From positions 1,077-65,076 of the forward strand of contig JBEIJY010000011.1 in NCBI GenBank assembly GCA_040380025.1: a DNA stretch of 64,000 bases, read 5' to 3'. The first letter of the stretch is position 1, and every line of letters starts with the position of its first letter. The DNA is from Bdellovibrionales bacterium. Lineage in GTDB: Bacteria; Bdellovibrionota; UBA1018; CAIMNF01. The notes beneath the pieces were generated by a model. It was given only the letters and a program-made list of their open reading frames with translations, was not told the DNA's origin and did not search any database. Below are positions 15,881 to 24,456 of the stretch, in pieces. The position numbers and the translations under genes were made by a program.

Positions 15881-17944
15881 ATGGAATCTTGGAATTCTTG
15901 GATGAATTCGCCCATCATTTTTGGCGTCGTGGGTCTTGCCATCGCCGCTTATTTTTATTTCCGGGTCAAAGGCATCTCGGGCGGCAATGAAACCATGCAG
16001 CGAATCGCCGGGTACATCCGCGAAGGCGCCATGGCCTTCCTGGCCCGCCAATATAAGGTGTTGGCGGTGTACGCCGTTGTGGTCGGAATCGCGATCGGCC
16101 TGAGCCTGGGCTGGATCTCGGCCGGGTCGTTCATTCTTGGCGCGTTTTTGAGTCTTCTTGCCGGCTTCGTCGGCATGAAGGCCGCAACCCATGCGAACGT
16201 TCGCACCACCGAAGCCGCTCGAACCGGCATCAAGGCGAATGCGCTTTTGACCGCCCTCGACGGAGGAGCGGTGATGGGACTCTCGGTCGCCGCACTCGGG
16301 CTCATCGGGCTCGGAGCAGTTTACTCCGTATTCAAGGATCATGAGGCGTTCAGCCCGATCCTCCACTCGTTTGCAGTGGGTGCTTCGTCGATCGCGCTGT
16401 TTGCGCGGATCGGAGGCGGGATTTACACCAAAGCCGCCGATGTGGGCTCTGACATCGCCGGAAAAGTCATCGAAGGCATCCCTGAAGATGATCCAAGAAA
16501 CCCGGGCGTTGTGGCTGACAACGTGGGCGACAATGTGGGCGATGTTGCCGGTATGGGTGCCGATATTTATGAGTCCATGGTGGCCGCGATCGTGGCCGCG
16601 ATGGCGATTGCCTTTACCGCAACCGGTACGGGCGTTCCGGCTCTCGTTGCAGGCGCCGATGAGGCGACCAACAAGGTTTACGCGATCGGGCTTCCGCTCT
16701 TGCTCTCGGGGCTCGGACTCGGTGTTTCGATCATTTGTATTTTCATCGCGCGCGCGATGAAATCGATGAATCCTGCAACCGTTCTTCGCGGCTCGCTGAT
16801 TTTCCCTCCAATTCTTCTGGCGATCGTGTCGTACTGGGTGATGAATCTTCTGGGAATCTCGCAATCCGTAACCGGAATTCTTGCTCTCGGTGCAGTGGGC
16901 GGAGCGATCATCGGTTTGATCACCGACTACTATACCTCGGCCTCTCCGGTTGCCCGGATTGCCGAAGCTTCGGTGACCGGTGCCGGGACCAACCTGATCC
17001 GCGGTCTTGCGGTCGGGATGGAATCCACCGCGATTCCGATGCTCGTCGTGGCAGTGGTGGCCTATCTTTCGAACAAGTACCTCGGGCTCTACGGAATCGC
17101 GCTCTCTGCGGTCGGAATGCTGGGTGGAACGGCAGTCGTGATGACGGTCGACGCCTACGGCCCGATCTCGGATAACGCCGGCGGGATTTCAGAGATGTCC
17201 GGACTCGGAAAAGAAGTCCGCGATATCACCGATGAGCTCGATGCGGTGGGGAACACCACGGCCGCGATCGGAAAAGGCTTTGCGATCGGATCGGCGATTC
17301 TGACGGTTCTTGCGCTGTTCTCGGCCTTCAACATGGAAGTGAACCATGTGCGCGAAGGTGCCGGGCTCGAGAAGCTCTCGCTTGAGATCACGAATCCCAA
17401 CATCCTGATCGGGATCCTGGTCGGTTCGATTCTTCCGTTCCTCGTGGGTTCGACCACGATGCTTGCGGTAGGACGCGCGGCGGGCGCGATTGTCGAAGAG
17501 ATCCGTCGCCAGTTCAAAGAGATTCCGGGCCTGATGGAACTGAAGGCCGATCCCGAGCCGAAGAAGATTGTCGACATCGCAACTGCGGCCGCGCTGCGCG
17601 AGATGATTCTTCCCGGCATGATCGCGGTCGTGTCGCCGGTGCTCGTGGGCTATTTGCTCGGACCCGCCGCTCTCGCCGGACTCCTTGCGGGTGCGCTTGC
17701 AGTTGGTGCGACTCTGTCTCTTTACATGGCGAATGCGGGCGGAGCCTGGGATAACGCCAAAAAGTACATTGAGAAGGGCAATCTTCCCGGCCACAAAAAG
17801 GGCGGGGATGTGCACAAGAACGCGGTCGTGGGCGACATGGTGGGAGATCCGTTCAAGGATACCTCCGGCCCGGGGATTGCGATTCTGATCAAGGTGATGA
17901 GCGTCGTCTCGCTCCTGATCGCGCCTTTGATCGCAAAGCTGTGA
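15881..17944 (+). CDS. hppA: membrane-bound proton/sodium-translocating pyrophosphatase
   Basis: 687 aa, multi-TM. Motifs [43 protein letters not shown] upstream. Confidence 0.95.
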   Translation: MESWNSWMNSPIIFGVVGLAIAAYFYFRVKGISGGNETMQRIAGYIREGAMAFLARQYKVLAVYAVVVGIAIGLSLGWISAGSFILGAFLSLLAGFVGMKAATHANVRTTEAARTGIKANALLTALDGGAVMGLSVAALGLIGLGAVYSVFKDHEAFSPILHSFAVGASSIALFARIGGGIYTKAADVGSDIAGKVIEGIPEDDPRNPGVVADNVGDNVGDVAGMGADIYESMVAAIVAAMAIAFTATGTGVPALVAGADEATNKVYAIGLPLLLSGLGLGVSIICIFIARAMKSMNPATVLRGSLIFPPILLAIVSYWVMNLLGISQSVTGILALGAVGGAIIGLITDYYTSASPVARIAEASVTGAGTNLIRGLAVGMESTAIPMLVVAVVAYLSNKYLGLYGIALSAVGMLGGTAVVMTVDAYGPISDNAGGISEMSGLGKEVRDITDELDAVGNTTAAIGKGFAIGSAILTVLALFSAFNMEVNHVREGAGLEKLSLEITNPNILIGILVGSILPFLVGSTTMLAVGRAAGAIVEEIRRQFKEIPGLMELKADPEPKKIVDIATAAALREMILPGMIAVVSPVLVGYLLGPAALAGLLAGALAVGATLSLYMANAGGAWDNAKKYIEKGNLPGHKKGGDVHKNAVVGDMVGDPFKDTSGPGIAILIKVMSVVSLLIAPLIAKL

Positions 17945-17983
17945 TCGCGTAATTCTGATCATTAAATTCGGACCTGATTGTCG

Positions 17984-18021
17984 TCTTTGGCGCCCGGGAG
18001 ATCTTCCACGGGTGCCAAAGA
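17984..18021 (+). terminator. 13-bp hairpin after hppA (one G-U), no clear U-tract
   Basis: TCTTTGGCGCCCG ... CGGGTGCCAAAGA read from the sequence. Confidence 0.4.
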
Positions 18022-18041
18022 CCGGGTCCTCGGGGAGATTC

Positions 18042-18710
18042 ATGAAGTTTTTTCTTTTTTTCGCGGCATCTGTCGTGGCGGTTGCGGGCGGGGCCCATTC
18101 TTCACACGCCCAAGGCTTCTCGCTTTGCTGGCATGATTTGAATCAAGATATCCGTCTTCGTGCTGCGGGTGCGTATAGCGAGTCCCATCTGGCATTCATG
18201 GAAATCTCGGCCCTCGCGCGCTTGTTTGAAAAAAGCGCGAAGGTCATCGTGCCTGAGGACGGTCTTAACGCCTCCATGACCCACTATCTTTTGGGAGTGG
18301 ACTCTGGCGGCATGGCCGGCACCGATGAGGGTCGCTATGCCGAGTATCTGGTTTTTTCGGCATATCGGCTAAACTACGAGCTGATCCGACTGGAGGAGTT
18401 TTCGGACGGCAGATGCAAAAAACAAGTCACTCGTCTGAGTCCCAAGGTGTTCTTTGGTCGCGTGAGGAATGAGCGCCAAACCCGTTTGGATTATGCCGAT
18501 GTGATTGTGTTTGATCAATACCTTGTGGTCGGGGGCGCGGGGAGAAATCTTAAGTTGAATCCGATCCGGGTGGGCGAGATGATTCAAAAAGAGGTTCGCG
18601 GTGTCGAGTACCGGGTAACACGGGAGCCCGGACAAGATCCGGCCCCCGTGTTGAAATTGCAATCTTTGCAGGGCTCACAGCCCGTGAGCGAGGAATGGGT
18701 CCGGTTTTGA
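18042..18710 (+). CDS. secreted hypothetical protein
   Basis: ORF trimmed to ATG 18042. Signal peptide MKFFLFFAASVVAVAGGAHSSHA. SD GGGGAG upstream. Confidence 0.55.
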   Translation: MKFFLFFAASVVAVAGGAHSSHAQGFSLCWHDLNQDIRLRAAGAYSESHLAFMEISALARLFEKSAKVIVPEDGLNASMTHYLLGVDSGGMAGTDEGRYAEYLVFSAYRLNYELIRLEEFSDGRCKKQVTRLSPKVFFGRVRNERQTRLDYADVIVFDQYLVVGGAGRNLKLNPIRVGEMIQKEVRGVEYRVTREPGQDPAPVLKLQSLQGSQPVSEEWVRF

Positions 18711-19199
18711 TCAGTGTTTGAACGGAATCTGGATTCTGCGTCCGTTGCGTTCTGCGATCAGGATGACTGTTTTCGGTTTTCGAATGTCCATCGCGTATGC
18801 ATCCAGTGTGTTCTCATTGACCATCATAAAAATGGTTTCGGATCTCTTGTTATTGACCACGGTCACCACATAGGCGCCAGTGGTCGCCTTTGAGACGTCG
18901 TCAAAAGTGATTTCATCGATGGTTTTTTGGATGTTCGTCACATAGGTTTCGATATTTTTCAGCAGATCAGGCCACTGCTTGCTCAGTCGATCGAAGCCCA
19001 GAATTTCCACCGTTTTTGTAGCAAATTCGGATCGGATCGCTTTTGCAAGGTCTGTCGCGCTGCCCGATTCTTCCCAGTGGATCGTAAGCGTGACGCCCAC
19101 CTGGGAATTGGTTTCGATCACCGAGGCTTCTTCCACAAGGGTCTGAGCTTGGGCCATGGACGACAATAAGAACAAAGAAAGGAGAGTGAGTTTATTCAT
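18711..19199 (-). CDS. secreted hypothetical protein, tandem paralogue 1
   Basis: ORF trimmed to ATG 19199. Signal peptide MNKLTLLSLFLLSSMAQAQ. Similar to 19930..20412 (shared signal peptide, W(E/D).., W..LLKN(I/L)E). Confidence 0.6.
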   Translation of the reverse strand: MNKLTLLSLFLLSSMAQAQTLVEEASVIETNSQVGVTLTIHWEESGSATDLAKAIRSEFATKTVEILGFDRLSKQWPDLLKNIETYVTNIQKTIDEITFDDVSKATTGAYVVTVVNNKRSETIFMMVNENTLDAYAMDIRKPKTVILIAERNGRRIQIPFKH

Positions 19200-19206
19200 G
19201 CGCGGG

Positions 19207-19235
19207 ATTATATTATTCCTGACTGTAATTGTCAA
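19207..19235 (-). promoter_or_regulatory. consensus promoter TTGACA-17-TATAAT, 7 nt before ATG 19199
   Basis: Minus strand reads TTGACAATTACAGTCAGGAATAATATAATCCCGCGCATG. Confidence 0.7.
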
Positions 19236-19306
19236 TTTATATTTTGTGGTTTTCGTTGATCATGAATTTGTATGGGCTGCTTCGGACTTGGGGCGGGTTT
19301 GTTTCC

Positions 19307-19786
19307 TCAGTACTCAAACCGAAACAGAATCTGCATCTGAGGGGTTTTCCACCAAACCACATTGGGCGAGGAAGTGTCGATGCTGAACCATGCCCTGTTG
19401 GTTTCGTTTTTCATCCGGAATAGGGTTCTCTGCCCGGATGCGATCACCTGAATCAAAAACGGGTCGGTATGCGAGATCGAGGTATGCCGGCGAGACTGGT
19501 CGATCCACTCGACAAATTTTGTGATGTTTTTCAGAACCAGGGGCCAAGCGGCACTCAGCACCGGGGAGCGGGCGAGCTCCTCCGCGTTCAGTTTTTTCAG
19601 CTCTGTTATGATTGATTTTGCAACTCTGGCGGGCTTTTGATGCGACTCCCATTCGAGCCGAAGCTCAACCACGGCGTCCTAACCCCGCCGAGTCTCTTGG
19701 TCATAATAATGGGCGGAATGGGTGACCAGCTGGGCTTGTGCGAGAGGCGAGGCGAGCAAAAATGCAAAGAAGACGAAGGGTCTCAC
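19307..19786 (-). pseudogene. tandem paralogue 2 interrupted by an in-frame TAG (19679-19681)
   Basis: GTG 19786 opens VRPFVFFAFLLASPLAQAQLVTHSAHYYDQETRRG, then TAG, then the same frame continues DAVVELRLEWES... (track ORF 19307..19672). Confidence 0.6.
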
Positions 19787-19797
19787 GAGCGGCTTTG

Positions 19798-19825
19798 ATT
19801 ATACCATGTTGACTTAATTTGTCAA
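19798..19825 (-). promoter_or_regulatory. promoter TTGACA-16-TATAAT, 11 nt before GTG 19786
   Basis: Minus strand reads CAATTGACAAATTAAGTCAACATGGTATAATCAAAGCCGCTCGTG. Confidence 0.6.
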
Positions 19826-19863
19826 TTGTTTAGCTGGGAGGAATTCGATCGAAGTTCGGAGAC

Positions 19864-19896
19864 AAAAAAAGGGAACCAGCGTTGCCACCGGTTCCC
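19864..19896 (-). terminator. rho-independent terminator after paralogue 3
   Basis: Stem GGGAACC/GGTTCCC (19871-19877 / 19890-19896) followed on the minus strand by U7. Confidence 0.7.
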
Positions 19897-19929
19897 TTCT
19901 TGTTTCAGTATGTCTGAACCCGGGCCGGA

Positions 19930-20412
19930 TTAAAATTTCGTGATCGGATAAATGACGTCTTCGCCCCGCGGGGCCCACATCAAAAGATTCGGGTTCGATG
20001 TCATGAAAATGAACTCATCCCGGGTTCTCAAATTTCGCACGATTAAAATCGCAGCATCATTGGTTTGATCACCTGAGTCCCGAACTTCCGCTTCATAGTA
20101 ACCCTCTGGGTATTCGGAGTTCTGGTGGAATTGGGTGATTTCAACTTTCAGTATGGATGCTTCGAGGTTTTTGAGGATCAGATTCCAGCTGGTGCGGAAT
20201 GCATTTCTTTTGGACATTTTTCCGATCTGCTTATTCAACTCCACTTTTAGAGCATTCGCCACTGCCGTAGCGGTTTTATTCGTATCCCAGAGGAATTCTA
20301 AGCGCACGACTTGATGGTTGTTTTCATACACCACCTGGGCAGGAGATGTGATGGTTTGGGCTTGAGCCACGGACGACAGCAGGAGTAACGAAAGGATCAT
20401 TAGTTTTTTCAT
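19930..20412 (-). CDS. secreted hypothetical protein, tandem paralogue 3
   Basis: ORF trimmed to ATG 20412. Signal peptide MKKLMILSLLLLSSVAQAQ. Confidence 0.6.
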   Translation of the reverse strand: MKKLMILSLLLLSSVAQAQTITSPAQVVYENNHQVVRLEFLWDTNKTATAVANALKVELNKQIGKMSKRNAFRTSWNLILKNLEASILKVEITQFHQNSEYPEGYYEAEVRDSGDQTNDAAILIVRNLRTRDEFIFMTSNPNLLMWAPRGEDVIYPITKF

Positions 20413-20419
20413 GCGCCGC

Positions 20420-20448
20420 ACAATAAAGCATGCAACTTTTTTTGTCAA
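20420..20448 (-). promoter_or_regulatory. promoter TTGACA-17-TATTGT, 7 nt before ATG 20412
   Basis: Minus strand reads CAATTGACAAAAAAAGTTGCATGCTTTATTGTGCGGCGCATG. Confidence 0.65.
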
Positions 20449-20470
20449 TTGTTTTGTGGTGCCAAATGCT

Positions 20471-20890
20471 TTATCCGGTCGAGCGACGAACGAGAATCAG
20501 CCCGAGTTGCCCCGTCCAAAGTAGGGTCCTGCCCCAGTTCGTGGCGATCAAGCGCTCGATCGAGCGGGGGTTCTTTTGCGCCCGAAGCCGATTGTGCTCG
20601 GGGGCTGAAAATAGGGCAGTGATCAGATAAATTAAAAAGATGGATGAGGCGTGAAGCATCCACTCCTGGGGTCTGGTGCCGGATAGAAGCACCATCGCCG
20701 CCGCAAAGGGCTGGACCATCATGGGGGCGACAAAAATCGCGATCCGGTCGCAGTGTTGTTTATGGAATCGCGGGAACTCCGCTTCTGGAATGAACCGAAA
20801 ATTCGGATAAATCAAAACCTGAACGAGCCAGATCAGGGAGCTCATCCAGATCACGCAACCATCATGAAGATCAATCCACAGGGATTCCAT
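20471..20890 (-). CDS. small integral membrane protein (about 4 TM), co-oriented with the cryptochrome
   Basis: ORF trimmed to ATG 20890 (MESLWIDL), 10 nt after the cryptochrome stop. Hydrophobic segments. Family uncertain (possibly DUF1772-like). Confidence 0.5.
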   Translation of the reverse strand: MESLWIDLHDGCVIWMSSLIWLVQVLIYPNFRFIPEAEFPRFHKQHCDRIAIFVAPMMVQPFAAAMVLLSGTRPQEWMLHASSIFLIYLITALFSAPEHNRLRAQKNPRSIERLIATNWGRTLLWTGQLGLILVRRSTG

Positions 20891-20900
20891 CGAGAGCAGA

Positions 20901-22166
20901 TTACTCCTGCGGGGGCAAGGAGTCCCAGCGTTTTCGATAACGGCCATCGCCGTCGTAGTTTTGCGCCTGAAGATCGGGATTGAAGACCCGGTCCCTCGGG
21001 TCGGTTCCCACGCCGGCCAGATACATCCAGTTGCCTTGGTTCGTCTCGAGGTCGAGGTCGATCAGATTCTCTTCAAACCAGCGAGCTCCGAGAGTCCATT
21101 CGAGGCGCAGGGTTTTGGCAAGAAAGCTCGCCACATTCTGCCGCCCGCGATTTGACATCCATCCCGTTGCTTTCAGCTCCCGCATGTTCGCATCGATGAA
21201 GGCATTTCCCGTTTCCCCCTCGCACCAGCGCAAAAAAAGTTCCTCATCCGAAATCACAGACAGTTCCCGGTCCCGAAGCCCCCCGAACGAAAGCAGCCGT
21301 TCGCCCGAGCGAAGCGCGAGGAATTTGAAGTAATCCCGCCATTGGAGCTCATATCGAAGCGCTTTTGTTCCCGGGCCTGCGCCATGGGCCTTCTCGAAGC
21401 GCAAAAGCTCATGGTGAATCTGCCTTGCCGATAGACACCCCTGGGCCAGATAGGGCGAGAGCTTCGAGGAATCGTCGACCGCGAGCAGTCCGTTTCGGGT
21501 TTCGTGGTAGTGCTCCACTGCGGCCGTATCCCACAAATAATGCCGAAGCCGCGCATGGGCGGCCGATTCGCCACCGGTGAACTCGAAGTTTCGACCGTTC
21601 AGCCGAACGGGAGCGTCCAAACTGGTTTTTTTGGTGAGGGGAGGGGCCGCAGACGCGGGAGCCGGAAGAGGCGTGCGGACTTCGGGATTTGCCGCATCGA
21701 TTCGCTTTTGAAACGGCGTGAAGGTCGCGGGAAGGTTTTGTAGCGAGAAGGGCAGTGCATGCTCCGGGTACAGCGTCGCCTCATCGAAAACGCACAGCTG
21801 GTTCGGTGCCAGCATGCGAGTGCATTTTTGTAAAAATGCCTCATCGCGATGGTTGTAGCGCCGGGAGGTGAAGACCAAAAGAGCCGGGTTCCCGCGCAGG
21901 GATTCCTCGATTCGGGGGGCGATCTCGTCCGGGCGGAGGGCGAAAAGGGGAATTCCAAACACCGAGAGATTCTCCCGGAGTTCTTCTTCGCACTGAAGCC
22001 GGAACCTCCCGGTAGGAGCGTTGGAGTCGCGGGGAGATTCCACGATCGCGATCCAGCGACCGCCACGATTCAAACAGGCGAGCAAGCCACTGTGATCGGC
22101 CACGCGAAGATCGCGGTGGAACCAGAGGATTCCATCAGGGGGCGTGGAGGAATCGAGATTGGTCAT
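20901..22166 (-). CDS. cryptochrome/photolyase family protein (DASH-type)
   Basis: WFHRDLRVADH N-terminus. C-terminal FAD-binding motifs TGWMSNRGRQNVASFL and WF...LIDLD...N.GNW. Confidence 0.9.
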   Translation of the reverse strand: MTNLDSSTPPDGILWFHRDLRVADHSGLLACLNRGGRWIAIVESPRDSNAPTGRFRLQCEEELRENLSVFGIPLFALRPDEIAPRIEESLRGNPALLVFTSRRYNHRDEAFLQKCTRMLAPNQLCVFDEATLYPEHALPFSLQNLPATFTPFQKRIDAANPEVRTPLPAPASAAPPLTKKTSLDAPVRLNGRNFEFTGGESAAHARLRHYLWDTAAVEHYHETRNGLLAVDDSSKLSPYLAQGCLSARQIHHELLRFEKAHGAGPGTKALRYELQWRDYFKFLALRSGERLLSFGGLRDRELSVISDEELFLRWCEGETGNAFIDANMRELKATGWMSNRGRQNVASFLAKTLRLEWTLGARWFEENLIDLDLETNQGNWMYLAGVGTDPRDRVFNPDLQAQNYDGDGRYRKRWDSLPPQE

Positions 22167-22305
22167 GGTTCGGGTTTACCGTGAAATGACCTGCGGGAGA
22201 ACCGGGATATTCAGGATCTCGAAATCAGACTGAGAACATCAGGGCAAGCTGAGTGCAGAAACGACAAATTTGCATTTTTTTTTAAGATTGCGATAGTGCT
22301 GAATC

Positions 22306-22816
22306 ATGACTCAACCTGATTCGGGTCGGATCCATGGCATCGACGCACTCCGCGGATTCGCGGGGGTCGATCGTCTCGCATGTCGTTCTCGGGCTCCTCT
22401 TCGAACAGTTGCCTGAATCGGTGCGAAGCGAATTGTTTGCGATTGTGTCTGATGTCGATGTGGCCCGGCACCTTGCGGTGTTTCGGTCGGAGTATCGCGA
22501 GCAGATTCCCCTTCGTGCCGAGCTTTCGTTTTCGAATCAAATCGAAGGAACCCTTTTCGAGTCCGGCTGGCAAGCCGCGGGTTGCATGCTTCTTGGGTTG
22601 GCCGCGCTCCGGTCAGGAGGTTTCGAAAAAGGCGGGCGGGCGTTTCGAATGGCAAGGTGGATCGGGATTGCGGGCTTGGTGGTCTGGGGACTTCAAATTC
22701 TTCTTGCGCAGGCATGGATGTCGCGCTTCCGGACGGGGCCGATGGAGGCGCTCTGGCGGGGGCTCTATCTGGGGAATTTCTCGCTCGGGTGTCGCGAGAG
22801 GAGGAAAAAGGGATGA
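22306..22816 (+). pseudogene. DUF418 (YeiB-like) remnant, frameshifted at a G5 run and lacking most of the TM core
   Basis: ATG 22306 frame gives MTQPDSGRIHGIDALRGFAG.. (family N-terminal signature) and stops at 22414. The track ORF 22334..22816 in the next frame ends ..FRTGPMEALWRGLY (family C-terminal signature). G5 at 22362-22366. Confidence 0.45.
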
Positions 22817-22836
22817 GAAACAAGGGCTTGCGCTGG

Positions 22837-22866
22837 TTGCATTCTTTTTTTTAATTCTGATATCAT
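22837..22866 (+). promoter_or_regulatory. promoter TTGCAT-18-TATCAT, 6 nt before ATG 22873
   Basis: TTGCAT 22837-22842, TATCAT 22861-22866. No SD. Confidence 0.55.
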
Positions 22867-22872
22867 CATATC

Positions 22873-23436
22873 ATGAGCACCGATCCTCAAAAGACCGGGT
22901 TTCTTCTTCGCTTGGACCCCGAGGTCCATCAACGCCTCGTGCGGTTGTCGAAATCGCTGAATGTGTCGATGAACGAGCTCTGTTCCCGCTTCATCAAGGA
23001 CGGACTGGTCGATGGGGGGCCGGCCCGGAAGTGGATCCGGGATCTTGTCCGGGCGGATGGGGACGGGGCACTCCGGGCGATCGTGCTGTTTGGCAGTCAG
23101 TCGCGGGGGGAGGCAACCGCGTCTTCGGATATCGATCTTCTGCTCGTTTTTTGTGCCGGAACGAAAATCACGCGCTCGCTTTACCGGAAGTTCGAGGCCA
23201 TTCTCGAGGCCGCACCCGGGCACGACCGGTATTCAATCCATTGTGCCGGGATCCCCGAAGACCGGGGCGCTGTGAGCGGGTTCTGGTTCGAGATCGCTCT
23301 CGATGGCCGGGTGCTTTGGAAGAAAAACGAAGAGATCCATGCCTGGTTGGGCGAGGTGAAACGAATGATTTGTTCAGGAAAGTACGTGCGAAAAATGAGC
23401 TCGGGCCACCCGTATTGGATGCAGAATGAAAAATAA
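22873..23436 (+). CDS. RHH (Arc/CopG-like) domain fused to minimal nucleotidyltransferase (MNT-type antitoxin)
   Basis: N-terminal LRLDPEVHQRLVRLSKSLNVSMNELCSRFIKDGL. NTase motif LFGSQSRGEATASSDIDLLLV. Confidence 0.75.
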   Translation: MSTDPQKTGFLLRLDPEVHQRLVRLSKSLNVSMNELCSRFIKDGLVDGGPARKWIRDLVRADGDGALRAIVLFGSQSRGEATASSDIDLLLVFCAGTKITRSLYRKFEAILEAAPGHDRYSIHCAGIPEDRGAVSGFWFEIALDGRVLWKKNEEIHAWLGEVKRMICSGKYVRKMSSGHPYWMQNEK

Positions 23437-23857
23437 ATCCCTCGTTGAGGATTACATCGTCCGGTCGCAGTCCCGCCTGAAGGCGATCGAATCGTTGTAC
23501 GGAGATAAGAACTGGGCCGATGTGGTGCGCGAATCCCAGGAGGTGGTCGAGTTGATCCTGAAGGCCGTCTTGCGGCACTCGAATATCGATCCTCCGCGCA
23601 CGCACGATGTGAGTCAGGTGCTGAAAGAGAACAAGGCCCTTCTGCCCGAGCCAATCCGGAAGAATCTTGCCGAAATCACAAAAATCTCGAAATCCCTCCG
23701 GAAGGATCGCGAGCTTTCTTTTTACGGATCCGAAGATCTCACTCCCTCGGAATTCTATGAACAGTCCGATGCCGATGAGGCCAAGGGCTGGGCCCGATTT
23801 TTGGTGGAACTCGTCCGCAAATCCATTCAGGTTTTTGATGGCAAGGAGCAGAAATGA
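23426..23857 (+). CDS. HEPN domain protein (toxin partner of MNT)
   Basis: 11-nt overlap with the NTase gene. All-helical 143 aa with an LRKDRELSFYG-type HEPN motif. Confidence 0.7.
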   Translation: MKNKSLVEDYIVRSQSRLKAIESLYGDKNWADVVRESQEVVELILKAVLRHSNIDPPRTHDVSQVLKENKALLPEPIRKNLAEITKISKSLRKDRELSFYGSEDLTPSEFYEQSDADEAKGWARFLVELVRKSIQVFDGKEQK

Positions 23858-24456
23858 AAAAAACCGACGACGAAATTCAGGCTTCGCTGGAACCCCCCGG
23901 AGCGGGAATTCCGTTTTTCGATCGCATGCTCGGGCGATATCTGTTGAAGCCGTTCGTTTTGCGAAGAATTTCTTGGGCCGATGCCGAACGGCGCTTCCGG
24001 AAGGCGCATGAAAAATTCAAACGCGAGCTTTTGTCGGTTCCGGCTGAATCCCTCACCGTAAGGGTGCTCGTTCCGCCCCAAAAAGGACTCGAAGACAGCT
24101 CCCGCTTCTGGTCGGCCGCAATGTGTGCCCGCCACCTGAGTATCGTCGGGAGCGAGATCGAAGAAATGATCGGCAAGCTCACGCGGGGAGACCCCATTTC
24201 GAAGGCGGCCGACACGGCGGCGGTCAAACCCGAGCTTTCGCACAATGACCCTTCGAGTGTGGCGGAGTACATTGCCTTCGGTGACACCCTGTTTGAGCGG
24301 CTTCGGGGCGCGGTCGGTGATCTTGATTCGGATCGGACCTTCGATCATCCCTGGTTTGGCGCGATGACAGCAAAAGAATGGGGCGCGCTTTATGCGTTCC
24401 ATACTTATGTTCACTTGGAACAGCTCAAGGCGATTCGGGACGGAGCGAGTCGTTGA
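23854..24456 (+). CDS. DinB/DUF1569-like four-helix-bundle protein
   Basis: ATGA overlap with the HEPN stop. C-terminal W..AFHTYVHLEQL resembles DinB-superfamily His motifs. Family call tentative. Confidence 0.55.
   Translation: MKKTDDEIQASLEPPGAGIPFFDRMLGRYLLKPFVLRRISWADAERRFRKAHEKFKRELLSVPAESLTVRVLVPPQKGLEDSSRFWSAAMCARHLSIVGSEIEEMIGKLTRGDPISKAADTAAVKPELSHNDPSSVAEYIAFGDTLFERLRGAVGDLDSDRTFDHPWFGAMTAKEWGALYAFHTYVHLEQLKAIRDGASR

Noticed and set aside
22167-22305. Searched intergenic regions, including this one, for DnaA boxes or an origin, riboswitches and T-boxes.
   Set aside because: I saw no TTATCCACA-like clusters or recognisable riboswitch cores. The gene-strand pattern shows no clear switch indicative of oriC.
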